The notes beneath the pieces are model-generated. The model saw nothing but the letters and a program-made list of their open reading frames with translations, searched no databases and was not told where the DNA came from. This document shows, piece by piece, positions 45,598 to 55,206 of a stretch of 64,000 nucleotides of DNA (the first letter of the stretch is position 1; each line of letters opens with the position of its first letter). A program made the position numbers and the translations under genes. Source of the stretch: Syntrophaceae bacterium UBA2188. GTDB lineage: Bacteria; Desulfobacterota; BSN033; UBA1163. The stretch lies in assembly GCA_002327985.1 (NCBI GenBank), contig DCVM01000058.1, forward strand, positions 21,460 through 85,459, given 5' to 3'.

Positions 45598-45711
45598 CAG
45601 ATCGTATGCACTTTAATAACAGCAAATGTAAGTAAGAAATAAATAAATCGTAGGGTGAGTTTAGGGAGTCTGTAAAGTCGAAGTCGGATTTGTTTCCCAT
45701 TGCTTAAATCT

Positions 45712-46716
45712 CTAAGGCTCTAGCGATGAAGACGGTGCCAACACAATCTTCCCATCGGCTGGCATCCCCGGTTTCAATTCTCGGTTTGGATTTGGAATAT
45801 CCACTTTAATTCGATAGACTAGTGTCACTCTCTCTTTTTCCGTCTGAATGCTTTTGGGAGTGAATTCGGCCTGAGAGGAGATAAAGGAGATTTTTCCTTT
45901 ATACTCCTTTTTCGGTTGAAGGTCCGTCGTGATGATGACCTCCTGCCCCCATTTTATTTTACTCAGATCGGTCTCCGGGATGTAAGCCTTCAACCAAACA
46001 TTTTCGATATCGGCTAAGGTGAGCACGGAGGTTCCAGGATTCACCACTTCACCGACTTCACTCGATTTGACTAAAACAACACCTGAAAGCGGTGAATGGA
46101 GAACGGCGTAACTGAGCTGAGTCTCCGATAGCTTCAATGACGCCCGTGCTTGCCCGACCTGCGCCTTGGCATCTTCAATGTCTTCTTTTCTTGGTCCTTG
46201 TTTCACCAAGAGATAATTTTCCGTCGCCCTCTGAAAAGATGCCTGGGCAATCTTAAACCCGGCTTCGGCGTTGTCAAGGGTATCTTTAGGAATCACCCCT
46301 CTCTCAAAAAGGGGCTTTAACCGTTCGTAATGAGCCTGCTTATTCTCCAAATCGGATTTGGCCTGATAAAGTACTGCCTCTGCCTCTCTAATTTCCTCTG
46401 GTCTCGAACCCGCCAACAATTTACTCAATTTCGCCTGCCCAGAATGTAAAGTGGCTTGGGCCAATTCAAAACGGTGGCGGAGGTCTTCGTCATCCAATTT
46501 TGCCAGAATCTTCCCGCTTTCTACCCAATCTCCTTCTTGAACCAAGAGGTGGATAATCCTTCCGGAAATCTTGAACCCCACATTCACTTCTGTGGTCTCA
46601 ATATTTCCGGAAACCTTGATGAAGTCGTCCCCTTCCTTTTGATCTCGAGTGAAGAAATAATAGACAAACCCACCGATGACCCCAACGAGGATCACCATCA
46701 ATAAAATCCGTTTCAT
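45712..46716 (-). CDS. HlyD-family periplasmic adaptor (YbhG-like)
   Basis: N-terminal TM, coiled-coil hairpin, beta-barrel. First gene of the adaptor/2x ATPase/2x ABC-2 permease operon. Confidence 0.85.
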   Translation of the reverse strand: MKRILLMVILVGVIGGFVYYFFTRDQKEGDDFIKVSGNIETTEVNVGFKISGRIIHLLVQEGDWVESGKILAKLDDEDLRHRFELAQATLHSGQAKLSKLLAGSRPEEIREAEAVLYQAKSDLENKQAHYERLKPLFERGVIPKDTLDNAEAGFKIAQASFQRATENYLLVKQGPRKEDIEDAKAQVGQARASLKLSETQLSYAVLHSPLSGVVLVKSSEVGEVVNPGTSVLTLADIENVWLKAYIPETDLSKIKWGQEVIITTDLQPKKEYKGKISFISSQAEFTPKSIQTEKERVTLVYRIKVDIPNPNRELKPGMPADGKIVLAPSSSLEP

Positions 46717-46935
46717 CTCCCAAAGACTCCTAACCCATCAGGCAAACCATTATAGATTCTATTTCTTTCACTGTCAAAATTTTTCCCATTCCCCTTTAAG
46801 ACTGAGGCACCATCGAAGGGGGTAAATAATAGGGCATCCTCTCTTCGGGAGGGAAATCCACCTGGGGCAGGGAAGAAGAAAGGATAAGAAAAACCTCTTG
46901 AATTTTCTTAAGGTTATGAGTAAGATGGTTTTAAA

Positions 46936-49110
46936 ATGTTGAGATTTAATGACATCTTAGAAAGGCTGACCTCCTATAACCCCAATGCAGATACAGAGCT
47001 CCTGAAAAAGGCCTATGTCTTTTCTGCCAAAGTTCATTTAGGACAGGTCCGCCTCTCCGGAGAACCTTACCTCAATCATCCCTTGGAAGTCGCTGGAATT
47101 TTGACCCAACTGAAAGTCGATGTGTCCAGTGTGGCCACCGGCCTGCTTCATGATACCATTGAGGACACTCTGACCACTCCCAAAGAGATTCATGAAAACT
47201 TTGGCGAAGAAATCTCTCACCTGGTAGATGGTCTGACCAAGATCAGCCAAATTTCTCTACGATCCTCTGAAGAAAATCAGGCAGAAAATTTTCGCAAGAT
47301 GATTCTGGCGATGGTGAAGGACATTCGGGTCATCTTGATTAAACTGGCTGACCGTCTACACAACATGCGAACCCTCAAGTTTCACACTTCTGAAAAACAA
47401 GTGGAGATCGCCCAGGAAACCCTTGACATCTACGCTCCCCTGGCTCACCGCCTCGGGATCGACTGGGTGAGATCGGAGTTGGAGGATCTTGCTTTCCAAT
47501 ACCTCCATCCTGAAATCTACGAAGACATTAAGCGGAAAATTGTAAAAAGAGAGAAGGAAAGAGAACGATATATTGATGATGTAAAGCGGATCTTGATGAA
47601 GAAACTTTACGAAAATCGAATCGTCGGGGAGGTGAATGGACGCCTTAAACAGATTTACAGTATCTACTTAAAAATGAAAGACCAGAACATCGATTTTGAT
47701 CAAGTCTATGACATCACCGCCTTCCGTGTGATCGTCAGCTCCATTAAAGATTGTTACGATGTGCTGGGCATCATCCATTCCCTCTGGAAACCCATTCCAG
47801 GTAAATTCAAAGATTACATCGGCCTTCCCAAAGAGAACATGTACCAGTCCCTGCATACCGCCGTCATTGGACCCTATGGGGAACGAATTGAGATTCAGAT
47901 TCGAACTCATGAAATGCATCGGATCGCCGAGGAGGGGATCGCCGCTCATTGGAAATACAAAGAAGGGAAAGTGGTGGAAGAGGCGGATGATAAACGGTTT
48001 ACCTGGCTGAGGCAACTCTTGGAGTGGCAACGAGATCTCAAGGATGATCGAGAATTTATCGAAAGCGTGAAGGTGGACCTCTTTCCCCATGAGGTCTATA
48101 TCTTTACCCCCAAGGGAGAGGTCAAACAGTTCCCCATCGGTTCCACACCTATCGATTTTGCATACAGCATTCATTCCGACATCGGAAACCATTGTGTGGG
48201 AGCAAAGGTGAATGGAAAGATCGTCCCGCTGAAATATGAATTTCGAAGCGGGGATACGGTGGAGATCATGACGTCTCCCAATCAGAAACCCAGCAAGGAT
48301 TGGCTTAAATTTGTCAAAACCTCACGAGCTAAAACGAAAATCCGCCAATGGTTTACAGCAGAAGAAAGAGAAAAATCCATCACCCTCGGGAAAGAGATTT
48401 TGGACAAGGAACTTCGAAAATATGACCTTCAGCAGGCCAAATTAATAAAGTCAGGCGACTTGGCCAGGGTGGCAAGCGAATTTAGCTTCCAGGGGATTGA
48501 GGATCTCATCGCAGCGGTCGGTTACGGAAAGTTAACCGTCAATCAAATTATTGGGAAGATTCTTCCCCAGGAGAAGTTGGAGCAGCAAAAAGAGGAACTG
48601 AAGGAGGGGCGTTTCAAGCACTTCGTTCAAAAAATCACCCACACCCCCAAGGATGCCTTGCTGATCAAGGGAATTGATAATGTGATGGTACGCTATGCAG
48701 GGTGTTGCAATCCCGTCCCTGGAGATAAAGTGGTGGGATTCATCACCCGGGGCAGAGGGGTGACCATCCATACCATCGACTGCCAAAATGCCATGGACGA
48801 TGATCCTAACCGCATGGTCCAAGTGGAATGGGATTCGACGAAAGAATATAGCTATCCGGTAAGGATCCGGGTCTTTTCAGAGGACAAGAAAGGATTGCTG
48901 GCCGAGATCAGCAATTCACTCTCTTCCCATGAAGCCAATATCAAGAATGCCAGGGTGGATACAACAGAAGATAAAAAAGCCATCAGTACTTTTGAGGTAG
49001 AGATTCGAGATTTACACCACCTCAACAAAGTGATCAAGGCTCTTGCAAAGATTAAGGGGATCCATCGAGTAGAAAGATTGAGGGCGGAGACAGAGGCTGA
49101 AACCCTGTAG
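46936..49110 (+). CDS. rel: Bifunctional (p)ppGpp synthetase/hydrolase (RelA/SpoT homologue)
   Basis: HD domain (HLGQVRLSGEPYLNHPLEVA...HDTIEDT), synthetase block, TGS and ACT domains. 724 aa. Confidence 0.92.
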   Translation: MLRFNDILERLTSYNPNADTELLKKAYVFSAKVHLGQVRLSGEPYLNHPLEVAGILTQLKVDVSSVATGLLHDTIEDTLTTPKEIHENFGEEISHLVDGLTKISQISLRSSEENQAENFRKMILAMVKDIRVILIKLADRLHNMRTLKFHTSEKQVEIAQETLDIYAPLAHRLGIDWVRSELEDLAFQYLHPEIYEDIKRKIVKREKERERYIDDVKRILMKKLYENRIVGEVNGRLKQIYSIYLKMKDQNIDFDQVYDITAFRVIVSSIKDCYDVLGIIHSLWKPIPGKFKDYIGLPKENMYQSLHTAVIGPYGERIEIQIRTHEMHRIAEEGIAAHWKYKEGKVVEEADDKRFTWLRQLLEWQRDLKDDREFIESVKVDLFPHEVYIFTPKGEVKQFPIGSTPIDFAYSIHSDIGNHCVGAKVNGKIVPLKYEFRSGDTVEIMTSPNQKPSKDWLKFVKTSRAKTKIRQWFTAEEREKSITLGKEILDKELRKYDLQQAKLIKSGDLARVASEFSFQGIEDLIAAVGYGKLTVNQIIGKILPQEKLEQQKEELKEGRFKHFVQKITHTPKDALLIKGIDNVMVRYAGCCNPVPGDKVVGFITRGRGVTIHTIDCQNAMDDDPNRMVQVEWDSTKEYSYPVRIRVFSEDKKGLLAEISNSLSSHEANIKNARVDTTEDKKAISTFEVEIRDLHHLNKVIKALAKIKGIHRVERLRAETEAETL

Positions 49111-49134
49111 TGAACGCAGATCTGCGTTCACTAC
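49107..49134. terminator. Perfect 28-bp palindrome between convergent rel and rpmB (hairpin, no U-tract)
   Basis: GTAGTGAACGCAGA|TCTGCGTTCACTAC. Overlaps the rel stop codon. Confidence 0.4.
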
Positions 49135-49151
49135 ATCTTATCCACACATCA

Positions 49152-49343
49152 TCAAGCAGCTTTGGTGACAAACCCTGAGCGAAGGCATCTGGAACAAATT
49201 TTCATTCGAATGGTCCTTCCCTCTTTGAGGGTTTTCACCTTATGAAGGTTAGGGTACCAGATTCTTTGGGTCTTGTTATTGGCATGACTAACATTATGTC
49301 CAAAGACAGGCCCTTTTCCGCAAATGTCACAAACTTTTGCCAT
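49152..49343 (-). CDS. rpmB: 50S ribosomal protein L28
   Basis: [33 protein letters not shown]... Confidence 0.92.
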   Translation of the reverse strand: MAKVCDICGKGPVFGHNVSHANNKTQRIWYPNLHKVKTLKEGRTIRMKICSRCLRSGFVTKAA

Positions 49344-49499
49344 GATCGAACCTCAAAATATTTAATTGTTTAATATTAACATAATATAAAAATACTTCAA
49401 TAAATATTTTTTCCCACGAAAAAATTTTTTCCCCTCTCTATTCACCTCACTTCCCTACCTCTTCTATGAGAATCCACCCCCACCTTCTCCCTATTGCAA

Positions 49500-49602
49500 G
49501 TAATGCCTCACCTGAACGGGGTAGGGGCGACTTCAGTCGCCCTTTAGAAAGGGAGGCTAAAGCCTCCCCTACCCATGGCCCCCCGCTTCAGTGACGCATT
49601 AC
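49500..49602. repeat. Nested palindrome: roughly 28-37-nt imperfect outer arms enclosing three small hairpins
   Basis: GTAATGCCTCACCTGAACGGGGTAGGGG ... CCCCTACCCatggccCCCCGCTTCAGTGACGCATTAC. Inner hairpins: CGACttcaGTCG, CCCTTTagAAAGGG, GGGAGGCtaaaGCCTCCC. Confidence 0.6.
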
Positions 49603-49844
49603 TATTACAATTATTTTACAATTGACAATTATGACATGACTTGATAAATAAATGTTATCTTGGAAATAAAAGCTTATACCTTTTTAGAGGAACAGATGAG
49701 GCACAAATCGAAAAAGGGGGTGATAGATGGCCCCTGAATGGGGTTTATGACCTCTTGAGGGGGCAAAATGTTAGAGATAAATTTTCAAATTTAAATATGT
49801 AAGAATTTAAACAGTCTAATATTCAAATCAAAAAGGAGGTTGCC

Positions 49845-51467
49845 ATGGATAAGATTAAGATCATTTGCGTGTTAGTTGTAATTGGAGTGCTCCTTTGTGT
49901 CACACCGTCAATTGCACAGGTAGCTGTTGATTGTACCTCAGTAAGCCTTCAAACTGCAATCAGCAATAATGGTGCTGGAACAACGTTCAATGTGACCGGA
50001 ACTTGTAATGAGAACATAACGATTCATGAGTCGAAAGAAAGGATTACTATAAATGGGGGTGGTACAGCAGCTATCAGTGGCCCGAGTGCAACCAGTCCAG
50101 TTGTCACGATAAGGGGGCAAGGGGTTGTGGTAACGGGCTTTACCATTTCGGGAGGCCAGGATGGGATACAGTTGTTCAGAGGCGGGTCCGCGACAATATA
50201 TGGGAATACAATCCAAAGCACTGGCAGAAATGGGATCACTGTAGCCGGAAATAGCTATGCCGCAATTTTTAGTAATTCGATACACGATAACCCCCAACGT
50301 GGGATATCTGTATCTGAAAATTCGGCTGCGCGCATAGGGTTTTACAGCTATTCAGATACGAGCGCTTCACCTAACAGCATTTATAACAATGGAAGCTACG
50401 GGATCGAAGTTTACCGGACTTCCAGGGCACACATTGTAGGAAATACCATCAGTAGTAATGACATAACTGGGATCTTGGTTAGCGCGGGTTCGCAAGCCGG
50501 CATTTCTTACAATACAATTAATGACAATGGAGGAAGCGGGATTTACGTAGGCTACGATTCTTCCGCTGGTCTGGGATCTCTTAGTGGGTCTACCATCTTC
50601 GATTCACCTAACACCACGACTCTCAATAACGTATATAACGGTTTGCGATGCGAGATGGGAGCAACGATTTCCGGCCGAATAGGGACCCTCAATGGTAACG
50701 AAGGAAACATCGGCAACACTGGCATAGGAATTAAGACCTCCGAGCTCGCAGACGACTATGGCATCGATATTCTGACTGCCAGCACCGGTTCAAAGGCAGG
50801 TTTAATACTGTTAGGGAATGCAACTGCCAATAATGCTGATAAAGTAGCCCGAATGGTTGTTCGCCATTATAACAACGCTGAGGAGCCATTATATCTTTTT
50901 GGTGCCTACTCAGGTCCAACAGATAACTTTGTTGCTTTTGGTGGAGGCAGTGTTCTGGGGAATGCAGCAACACAGTTAGATTTCTTCACCGCTCCAACCA
51001 CTACCACTCAAGCGGGTTTGCCCAGGATTACAATAAAAGGAAATGGATATGTCGGCATCGGCAGACAGGATCCTTCCTATCCATTACACATGGCCAGTGG
51101 AGCCCATGTGACCACAGGAGGGGTGTGGACCAATGCTTCGAGCAGGGAGTATAAGGATCACATCGAAGCTCTTGCCACGGAGGAGGCCCTTGATACATTG
51201 AAGGAGCTTAATCCTGTTAAATTTGCCTATAGATTAGATCCGACTGAAAAGCATGTGGGATTTATTTCTGAGGAAGCGCCCGAACTTATCGCAACGAAAG
51301 ACAGAAAAGGGTTAAGCCCGATGGATATCGTAGCGGTTTTAACAAAGGTCATTCAGGAACAGCAGAGGGTTGCCGAAGAGCAGCAGAAGACCATCTCGGT
51401 GCTTTCTGAGAAAATCGCTGAGCTTGAAAGAGGACTAAAATTGAGAGAGGGGCTCTCGCAGCCGTGA
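49845..51467 (+). CDS. Secreted fibre protein: NosD-like parallel beta-helix head plus fibre module plus peptidase-S74 intramolecular chaperone domain (paralog 2)
   Basis: Signal peptide. PbH1 repeats (GNTIQSTGRNGITV, NSIHDNPQRGISV, GNTISSNDITGILV, NTINDNGGSGIYV). Then RMVVRHYNNAEEPLYLFGA...GNGYVGIG...GGVWTNASSREYKDHIE...HVGFISEEAPELI. Confidence 0.8.
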   Translation: MDKIKIICVLVVIGVLLCVTPSIAQVAVDCTSVSLQTAISNNGAGTTFNVTGTCNENITIHESKERITINGGGTAAISGPSATSPVVTIRGQGVVVTGFTISGGQDGIQLFRGGSATIYGNTIQSTGRNGITVAGNSYAAIFSNSIHDNPQRGISVSENSAARIGFYSYSDTSASPNSIYNNGSYGIEVYRTSRAHIVGNTISSNDITGILVSAGSQAGISYNTINDNGGSGIYVGYDSSAGLGSLSGSTIFDSPNTTTLNNVYNGLRCEMGATISGRIGTLNGNEGNIGNTGIGIKTSELADDYGIDILTASTGSKAGLILLGNATANNADKVARMVVRHYNNAEEPLYLFGAYSGPTDNFVAFGGGSVLGNAATQLDFFTAPTTTTQAGLPRITIKGNGYVGIGRQDPSYPLHMASGAHVTTGGVWTNASSREYKDHIEALATEEALDTLKELNPVKFAYRLDPTEKHVGFISEEAPELIATKDRKGLSPMDIVAVLTKVIQEQQRVAEEQQKTISVLSEKIAELERGLKLREGLSQP

Positions 51468-51502
51468 ACATTTTCTCCAATCAAATCTGATCAGAGACTC
51501 CT

Positions 51503-51533
51503 GCTGTCCCACTTGGTTTCCAGGTGGGACAGC
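51503..51533 (+). terminator. 10-bp hairpin after paralog 2 (no U-tract); left edge of the GC-rich segment
   Basis: GCTGTCCCACttggtttccagGTGGGACAGC. Confidence 0.35.
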
Positions 51534-51565
51534 TGACCACAAACGTGATTGTTGTAAAGACACAT

Positions 51566-52171
51566 ATGAGTGACCCATACGACGATTTAAGAGGTTCCCG
51601 GAACTTCCAACCTTCTGGCAACGATGCTGAGTCGATGGAGGAGTTTTTCTCACGGTGCGAGGACCCTTGGCGCCTCAAAGACCTCGCTCGCCACGGCCCT
51701 CGGATTGAGATCTTCAGGGCGATGCTTCAACAACATGGTCCGAAATTTCGCCGTCTCTTGGATATCGGCTGCGCCGAAGGATTTATCACCTACCACCTGC
51801 ACGACCTATCAGAGTTCACTCTTGGAATTGATGTCTCTCCCACTGCGATTCAGCGAGCCATCCGGGATTACGGTCGCACCTGCAGTTTCGAGGTTGGTGG
51901 AATCAGCGATTTTCGGCCAGATGAGCCGTTCGACGCCGTCGTGATCACTGGGGTGCTTTACTACCTGAGCGATCAACGCCAACTGATCAACGAGAATGTG
52001 TCACTCTATCTCGCGAGCGGCGGCTTGTTGCTGATTTCACACATAAAGGAATCGAGCGGCCATACCGGTTTCGTCGAATTATTTGACCCGGAGCGATTCC
52101 AACTTATTACTTCCAAGGAGTTCCCATGCGATGAGTACGACCAGTCCCTACATCTCTTCCGTAAACGTTAA
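51566..52171 (+). CDS. Class I SAM-dependent methyltransferase (NodS-like)
   Basis: DPWRLKD...RRLLDIGCAEGFIT motif I...AVVITGVLYYL. The start is uncertain (ATG 51566, versus the track's GTG 51524 inside the hairpin). Confidence 0.7.
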   Translation: MSDPYDDLRGSRNFQPSGNDAESMEEFFSRCEDPWRLKDLARHGPRIEIFRAMLQQHGPKFRRLLDIGCAEGFITYHLHDLSEFTLGIDVSPTAIQRAIRDYGRTCSFEVGGISDFRPDEPFDAVVITGVLYYLSDQRQLINENVSLYLASGGLLLISHIKESSGHTGFVELFDPERFQLITSKEFPCDEYDQSLHLFRKR

Positions 52172-53168
52172 GTCGGTCGGTTTTGGGAATGATCAAGCTG
52201 CTTTCAACCCTCTTAACGGCCACCTCTGGTTCTTTAGGGATTCTTTGCTGCTTTCGTGGGATGACAGTGGGATCGAGACAGTCAACTGGTTCAAACCGAA
52301 TCAGCCAGGTCGAATGCTCTACTTCACTCCGGAAGGTGGCGTCCTTGTTTCAATGGAGCTCTCCGGCGAAGTCCTTCTCTCAGAGGATCAGGGAAGGAGT
52401 TTTTACCGTGTGCTGAACTTGGCGGGTGCGAATTCCTGGGTTCAAAACTGGGCAATTGAGCGGGTTGATCCTTATTTACTCCTTGGTGAGTATCATCTGG
52501 ATTGGGACGAACGCGCGATTCTTTATGCTTCGCCTGATGGGGGGCACTCATGGCAAGGCGTTTTCAAGATACCAGATCGCCACATTCACTTTCTCCGTTC
52601 GGACCCCTTCTCTGACCAGTTTTTTGTTTCGTATGGTGACAGCGCCAAAGGTGTTTTTAGAATCCCGCGACAGATTCTTGCGGATGCACTGGGTGAAGTC
52701 TTCGCCGGAAGGCTCAGTTCGATACCGCCTGATCTGTTCACCCGCGTCAACCCTGGTCACGAAGGGTTGATGTCCATCGGCTTTACTCCCGAGGTCTTAC
52801 TCTATGGAACCGATCTGGCAGTCGGCAATTCCATTGTTGTAGAAGCCAGAGACGGGACCACCCGTGTATTTCAGCTTGAGCCGCCGTTCGATCTGATGTC
52901 ATACGAGTTCCTCTGGCTTGGCGGACTTCCTCTAGTCACGATGCGGTTGACTATCGGATTACCCGGGCGCAACCACAACAAGCCCTGTATCGCAACGCTC
53001 AACCCGGAAACGGGAGAACTCAATCGCATCAGCGAAAACGAGGCTTTCTACTTCACCTTACCTCACGCAGGGAAAGTCGTGACAGCGAGAACGGACCAAA
53101 CGCTGCTGATTTCGAGCACGACAGAGTCCAAGGCTGCCGTCATGGAAGGTACTAACGCCTACGGTTAA
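52131..53168 (+). CDS. Hypothetical beta-propeller-like protein with BNR/Asp-box motifs
   Basis: SPDGGHSW and SEDQGRSF Asp-box-like motifs. AAGGAG RBS 10 nt before ATG 52131. Overlaps the methyltransferase 3' end. No signal peptide seen. Confidence 0.5.
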   Translation: MSTTSPYISSVNVKSVGFGNDQAAFNPLNGHLWFFRDSLLLSWDDSGIETVNWFKPNQPGRMLYFTPEGGVLVSMELSGEVLLSEDQGRSFYRVLNLAGANSWVQNWAIERVDPYLLLGEYHLDWDERAILYASPDGGHSWQGVFKIPDRHIHFLRSDPFSDQFFVSYGDSAKGVFRIPRQILADALGEVFAGRLSSIPPDLFTRVNPGHEGLMSIGFTPEVLLYGTDLAVGNSIVVEARDGTTRVFQLEPPFDLMSYEFLWLGGLPLVTMRLTIGLPGRNHNKPCIATLNPETGELNRISENEAFYFTLPHAGKVVTARTDQTLLISSTTESKAAVMEGTNAYG

Positions 53169-53186
53169 AATCCAGCATAGCGGTTA

Positions 53187-53285
53187 TCTACCACTCCAGG
53201 AGGTTATCCGAGGATTACAATAAAAGGGAATGGTTATGTTGGTATTGGTACCCAAACTCCCTCCTATCTATTACAGATGGCGAGT
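53187..53285 (+). pseudogene. Decayed internal fragment of an S74 fibre paralog
   Basis: Translates ..STTPGGYPRITIKGNGYVGIGTQTPSYLLQMAS, then loses homology and stops. It matches PRITIKGNGYVGIGRQDPSYPLHMAS of paralog 2. An in-frame TAG lies immediately upstream (53178-53180). Confidence 0.65.
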
Positions 53286-53391
53286 ATGGATTTTCTTTTT
53301 ACTTTCAAATAGTCTTTTACGAGGGGCAAGCCAACAGCTTGCCCCTCTAATTATGTAGAAGAGCCTCTGTTCGTGTTTCGGAGGATATAAG

Positions 53392-55128
53392 ATGAAACAA
53401 TTCGATGGGGCATCTTGCAAGGCTTTGATTACCATTTCCATAATATCTCTTTTGGTCATCTCACTCAAGACAAGACCCATTTTAGCACAAGAAAAAATAA
53501 TAGACCGGGGGAAAATAGTTTCTATTGCTATGACAAAAGGGTTTGTCAAAGTGATCGTTCAAATAGAAGTCCCCAAAATTAGAGAACTGACGGGACATTC
53601 TACAAAATATAGGAATATAGAGCCAGGTCAGATATTTTCAAGAGATGGCATCAAAGCTGACATGGCACTTGATGCGGCAATCAGTGAGGCCTCACATGGG
53701 TTATTGTCAAGATTAAGATCCACGAACGCCTTATTCAGGGTGAACCATACTTATATAACGCTACCCATTGTAGCCCTGGACGTCTCTGAAGAGACACTCC
53801 TAACCTTGGAGATTGACCCTTCTGTAATACGAATTGTTGAAGATCGTCCGCTCCCTCTCGTTGATACCTCTATCTATAAAAAATATATTGCTGATGTGGT
53901 TCCACCGTCACTTTACGATACGGTCAACATCATTGGCGCCAACGAGGCATGGGCAACAGGATACACAGGTTCAGGTTGGTATGTGGCGGTTCTGGATACT
54001 GGAATACGATCAAGCCATGAGTTCTTTTCAGCGAAGACCATCGTAGAAGCGTGTTTCTCAGCCCTGGGAGACTGCCCGAATGGTTTAACCGAGATGCACG
54101 GTCCTGGAGCCGCCACACATTATGAAAATACTTATAGAGGATGGGATCATGGGACGCATGTCACCGGAATAGCCGCTGGAAATAAGGAAAATGCCCTCTA
54201 CGGAGTGGCCAAAGATGCAGATATTATCGCGATTCAGGTCTTCTCACGTTTTACGGCTGAGGAGTGTGATGGTAGTCCCTGTATCATGAGCTATACTTCG
54301 GATCAGATCAAAGGTTTAGAATATTTATATACACTGCGCGGAATTTACAGTATAGCCTCAGCAAATATGAGTCTCGGTGGTGGACGCTACTCCAATCAAA
54401 CAACCTGCGATCGGGAAAACGCTTCGACTAAGTCGGCCATTGACCATCTTCGCTCTATTGGTATTGCAACCGTTATAGCATCAGGGAATGATGGTTTCTG
54501 TGATGGATTAAATGCACCCGGCTGTATTTCTTCAGCCGTTGCCATAGGTGCCACCACCAAGTCTGATCAGCAAACACGGTTTAGCAACTGGCATGAAAGC
54601 ATGTTAGATTTATTTGCCCCTGGCCAAAGTATATTTTCCTCAACCGGTGATTCTGACACGAGTTATGAATACTGGAGTGGTACTTCTATGGCCGCGCCCC
54701 ATGTCGCCGGAGCGTGGGCCATACTAAAGCAGAAAAACCCAAGTGAGACAGTACCTGGAATTTTAAATTCATTGTCTACCACTGGTGTACCGGTCACAAC
54801 CCTGTGTACTAAACAACTCGGCTCAAAACCCAGGATAAAGGTAGATGCCACTTTAGCCGCTTTAAGTTGTGATAACCCTCCCCTGAAGGTAGATACCCAA
54901 TATTTTAATACAGTCCAGGTGGCCTACGATAGCGCTCCAGAGGGGAGTATCATTCAGGTCCAGTCAGTGGGATTTACCGAGGACCTAATTTTTGATCGAA
55001 ATATTACAGCTACCTTTAAAGGGGGTTATGATTGTGACTACACAGCTAATCCTGGATACACAATAGTGAACGGATCGCTAAAAATCAGTAACGGGATGCT
55101 GATGATTGAGAATCTGGCAATAAAGTAG
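53392..55128 (+). CDS. Secreted subtilisin-like serine protease (peptidase S8) with a 75-aa C-terminal module shared with the 1346-aa protein
   Basis: Catalytic triad contexts VAVLDTGI, HGTHVTGIAAG, GTSMAAPHVAG. Hydrophobic leader. GGAGGA RBS. Confidence 0.88.
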   Translation: MKQFDGASCKALITISIISLLVISLKTRPILAQEKIIDRGKIVSIAMTKGFVKVIVQIEVPKIRELTGHSTKYRNIEPGQIFSRDGIKADMALDAAISEASHGLLSRLRSTNALFRVNHTYITLPIVALDVSEETLLTLEIDPSVIRIVEDRPLPLVDTSIYKKYIADVVPPSLYDTVNIIGANEAWATGYTGSGWYVAVLDTGIRSSHEFFSAKTIVEACFSALGDCPNGLTEMHGPGAATHYENTYRGWDHGTHVTGIAAGNKENALYGVAKDADIIAIQVFSRFTAEECDGSPCIMSYTSDQIKGLEYLYTLRGIYSIASANMSLGGGRYSNQTTCDRENASTKSAIDHLRSIGIATVIASGNDGFCDGLNAPGCISSAVAIGATTKSDQQTRFSNWHESMLDLFAPGQSIFSSTGDSDTSYEYWSGTSMAAPHVAGAWAILKQKNPSETVPGILNSLSTTGVPVTTLCTKQLGSKPRIKVDATLAALSCDNPPLKVDTQYFNTVQVAYDSAPEGSIIQVQSVGFTEDLIFDRNITATFKGGYDCDYTANPGYTIVNGSLKISNGMLMIENLAIK

Positions 55129-55206
55129 ATTAAGAGGAGATTAAATTTGTAAGGAATATGGTTAACAATGAGACATAGATCCAGAAAATATGCTGAGGAG
55201 GAAGAA

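Noticed and set aside
43662-46716. HlyD/ABC operon as a type I secretion system for the proteins with the shared C-terminal module
   Set aside because: The permeases are ABC-2 (YbhS/YbhR-like) with separate ATPases, the architecture of the ybhGFSR efflux type. There is no fused T1SS ABC exporter and no outer-membrane factor, and the locus is 10-20 kb from the cargo genes.
47668-48192. 174-aa minus-strand ORF
   Set aside because: Antisense shadow ORF inside rel. No motifs.
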